Assembly (NCBI GenBank): GCA_963693095.2
Contig: OY843768.1
Span: 320,001-384,000 of the forward strand
Direction of reading: 5' to 3'
Length of the DNA: 64,000 bases
Source: Cenarchaeum sp.
GTDB lineage: Archaea > Thermoproteota > Nitrososphaeria > Nitrososphaerales > Nitrosopumilaceae
The stretch itself is not shown here. Below: more notes on the stretch, generated by a model that had not been told where the DNA came from, did not search any database, and saw only the letters and a list, made by a program, of their open reading frames with translations. Numbering within the stretch: position 1 is the stretch's first letter.

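Noticed and set aside
17223-63935. Dozens of long minus-strand and frame +2/+3 ORFs (up to 912 aa) in the ORF track
   Set aside because: Shadows of the giant frame +1 gene: high GC3 and biased codons suppress stops, the translations are Val/Ser/Ala- or Arg-rich without motifs, and they repeat with the sense modules.

Overview
High-GC archaeal DNA, most consistent with a Nitrososphaerota (Thaumarchaeota, Nitrosopumilaceae/Cenarchaeum-like) genome. The evidence is a bacterial-type metK, an Sm/Lsm protein, RPA, a CFI-box-type C-terminal protein, short TATA-led genes and an intron-containing tRNA-Trp. The first ~17 kb is mostly housekeeping (cbiG fragment, cbiD, SDR epimerase, metK, Lsm, RadA paralog, Lhr helicase, RPA, Lrp/AsnC, aconitase, tRNA-Trp). 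It also holds a small accessory patch: two membrane micro-proteins and a surface metallopeptidase whose signal peptide is put out of frame by a G10 tract. The remaining 47 kb (17128 to window end) appears to be one uninterrupted frame +1 ORF of more than 15,600 codons, missing from the ORF track because it has no stop in the window. It encodes a signal-peptide-bearing, acidic Thr/Ala/Val/Asp-rich giant surface protein built from shuffled Ig-like beta-sandwich modules. It has multi-kb internal duplications, hypervariable mosaic loops in conserved frameworks, and a G14 tract beside its promoter. Product names come from motif recognition only; no searches were run, and internal repeat boundaries are approximate.
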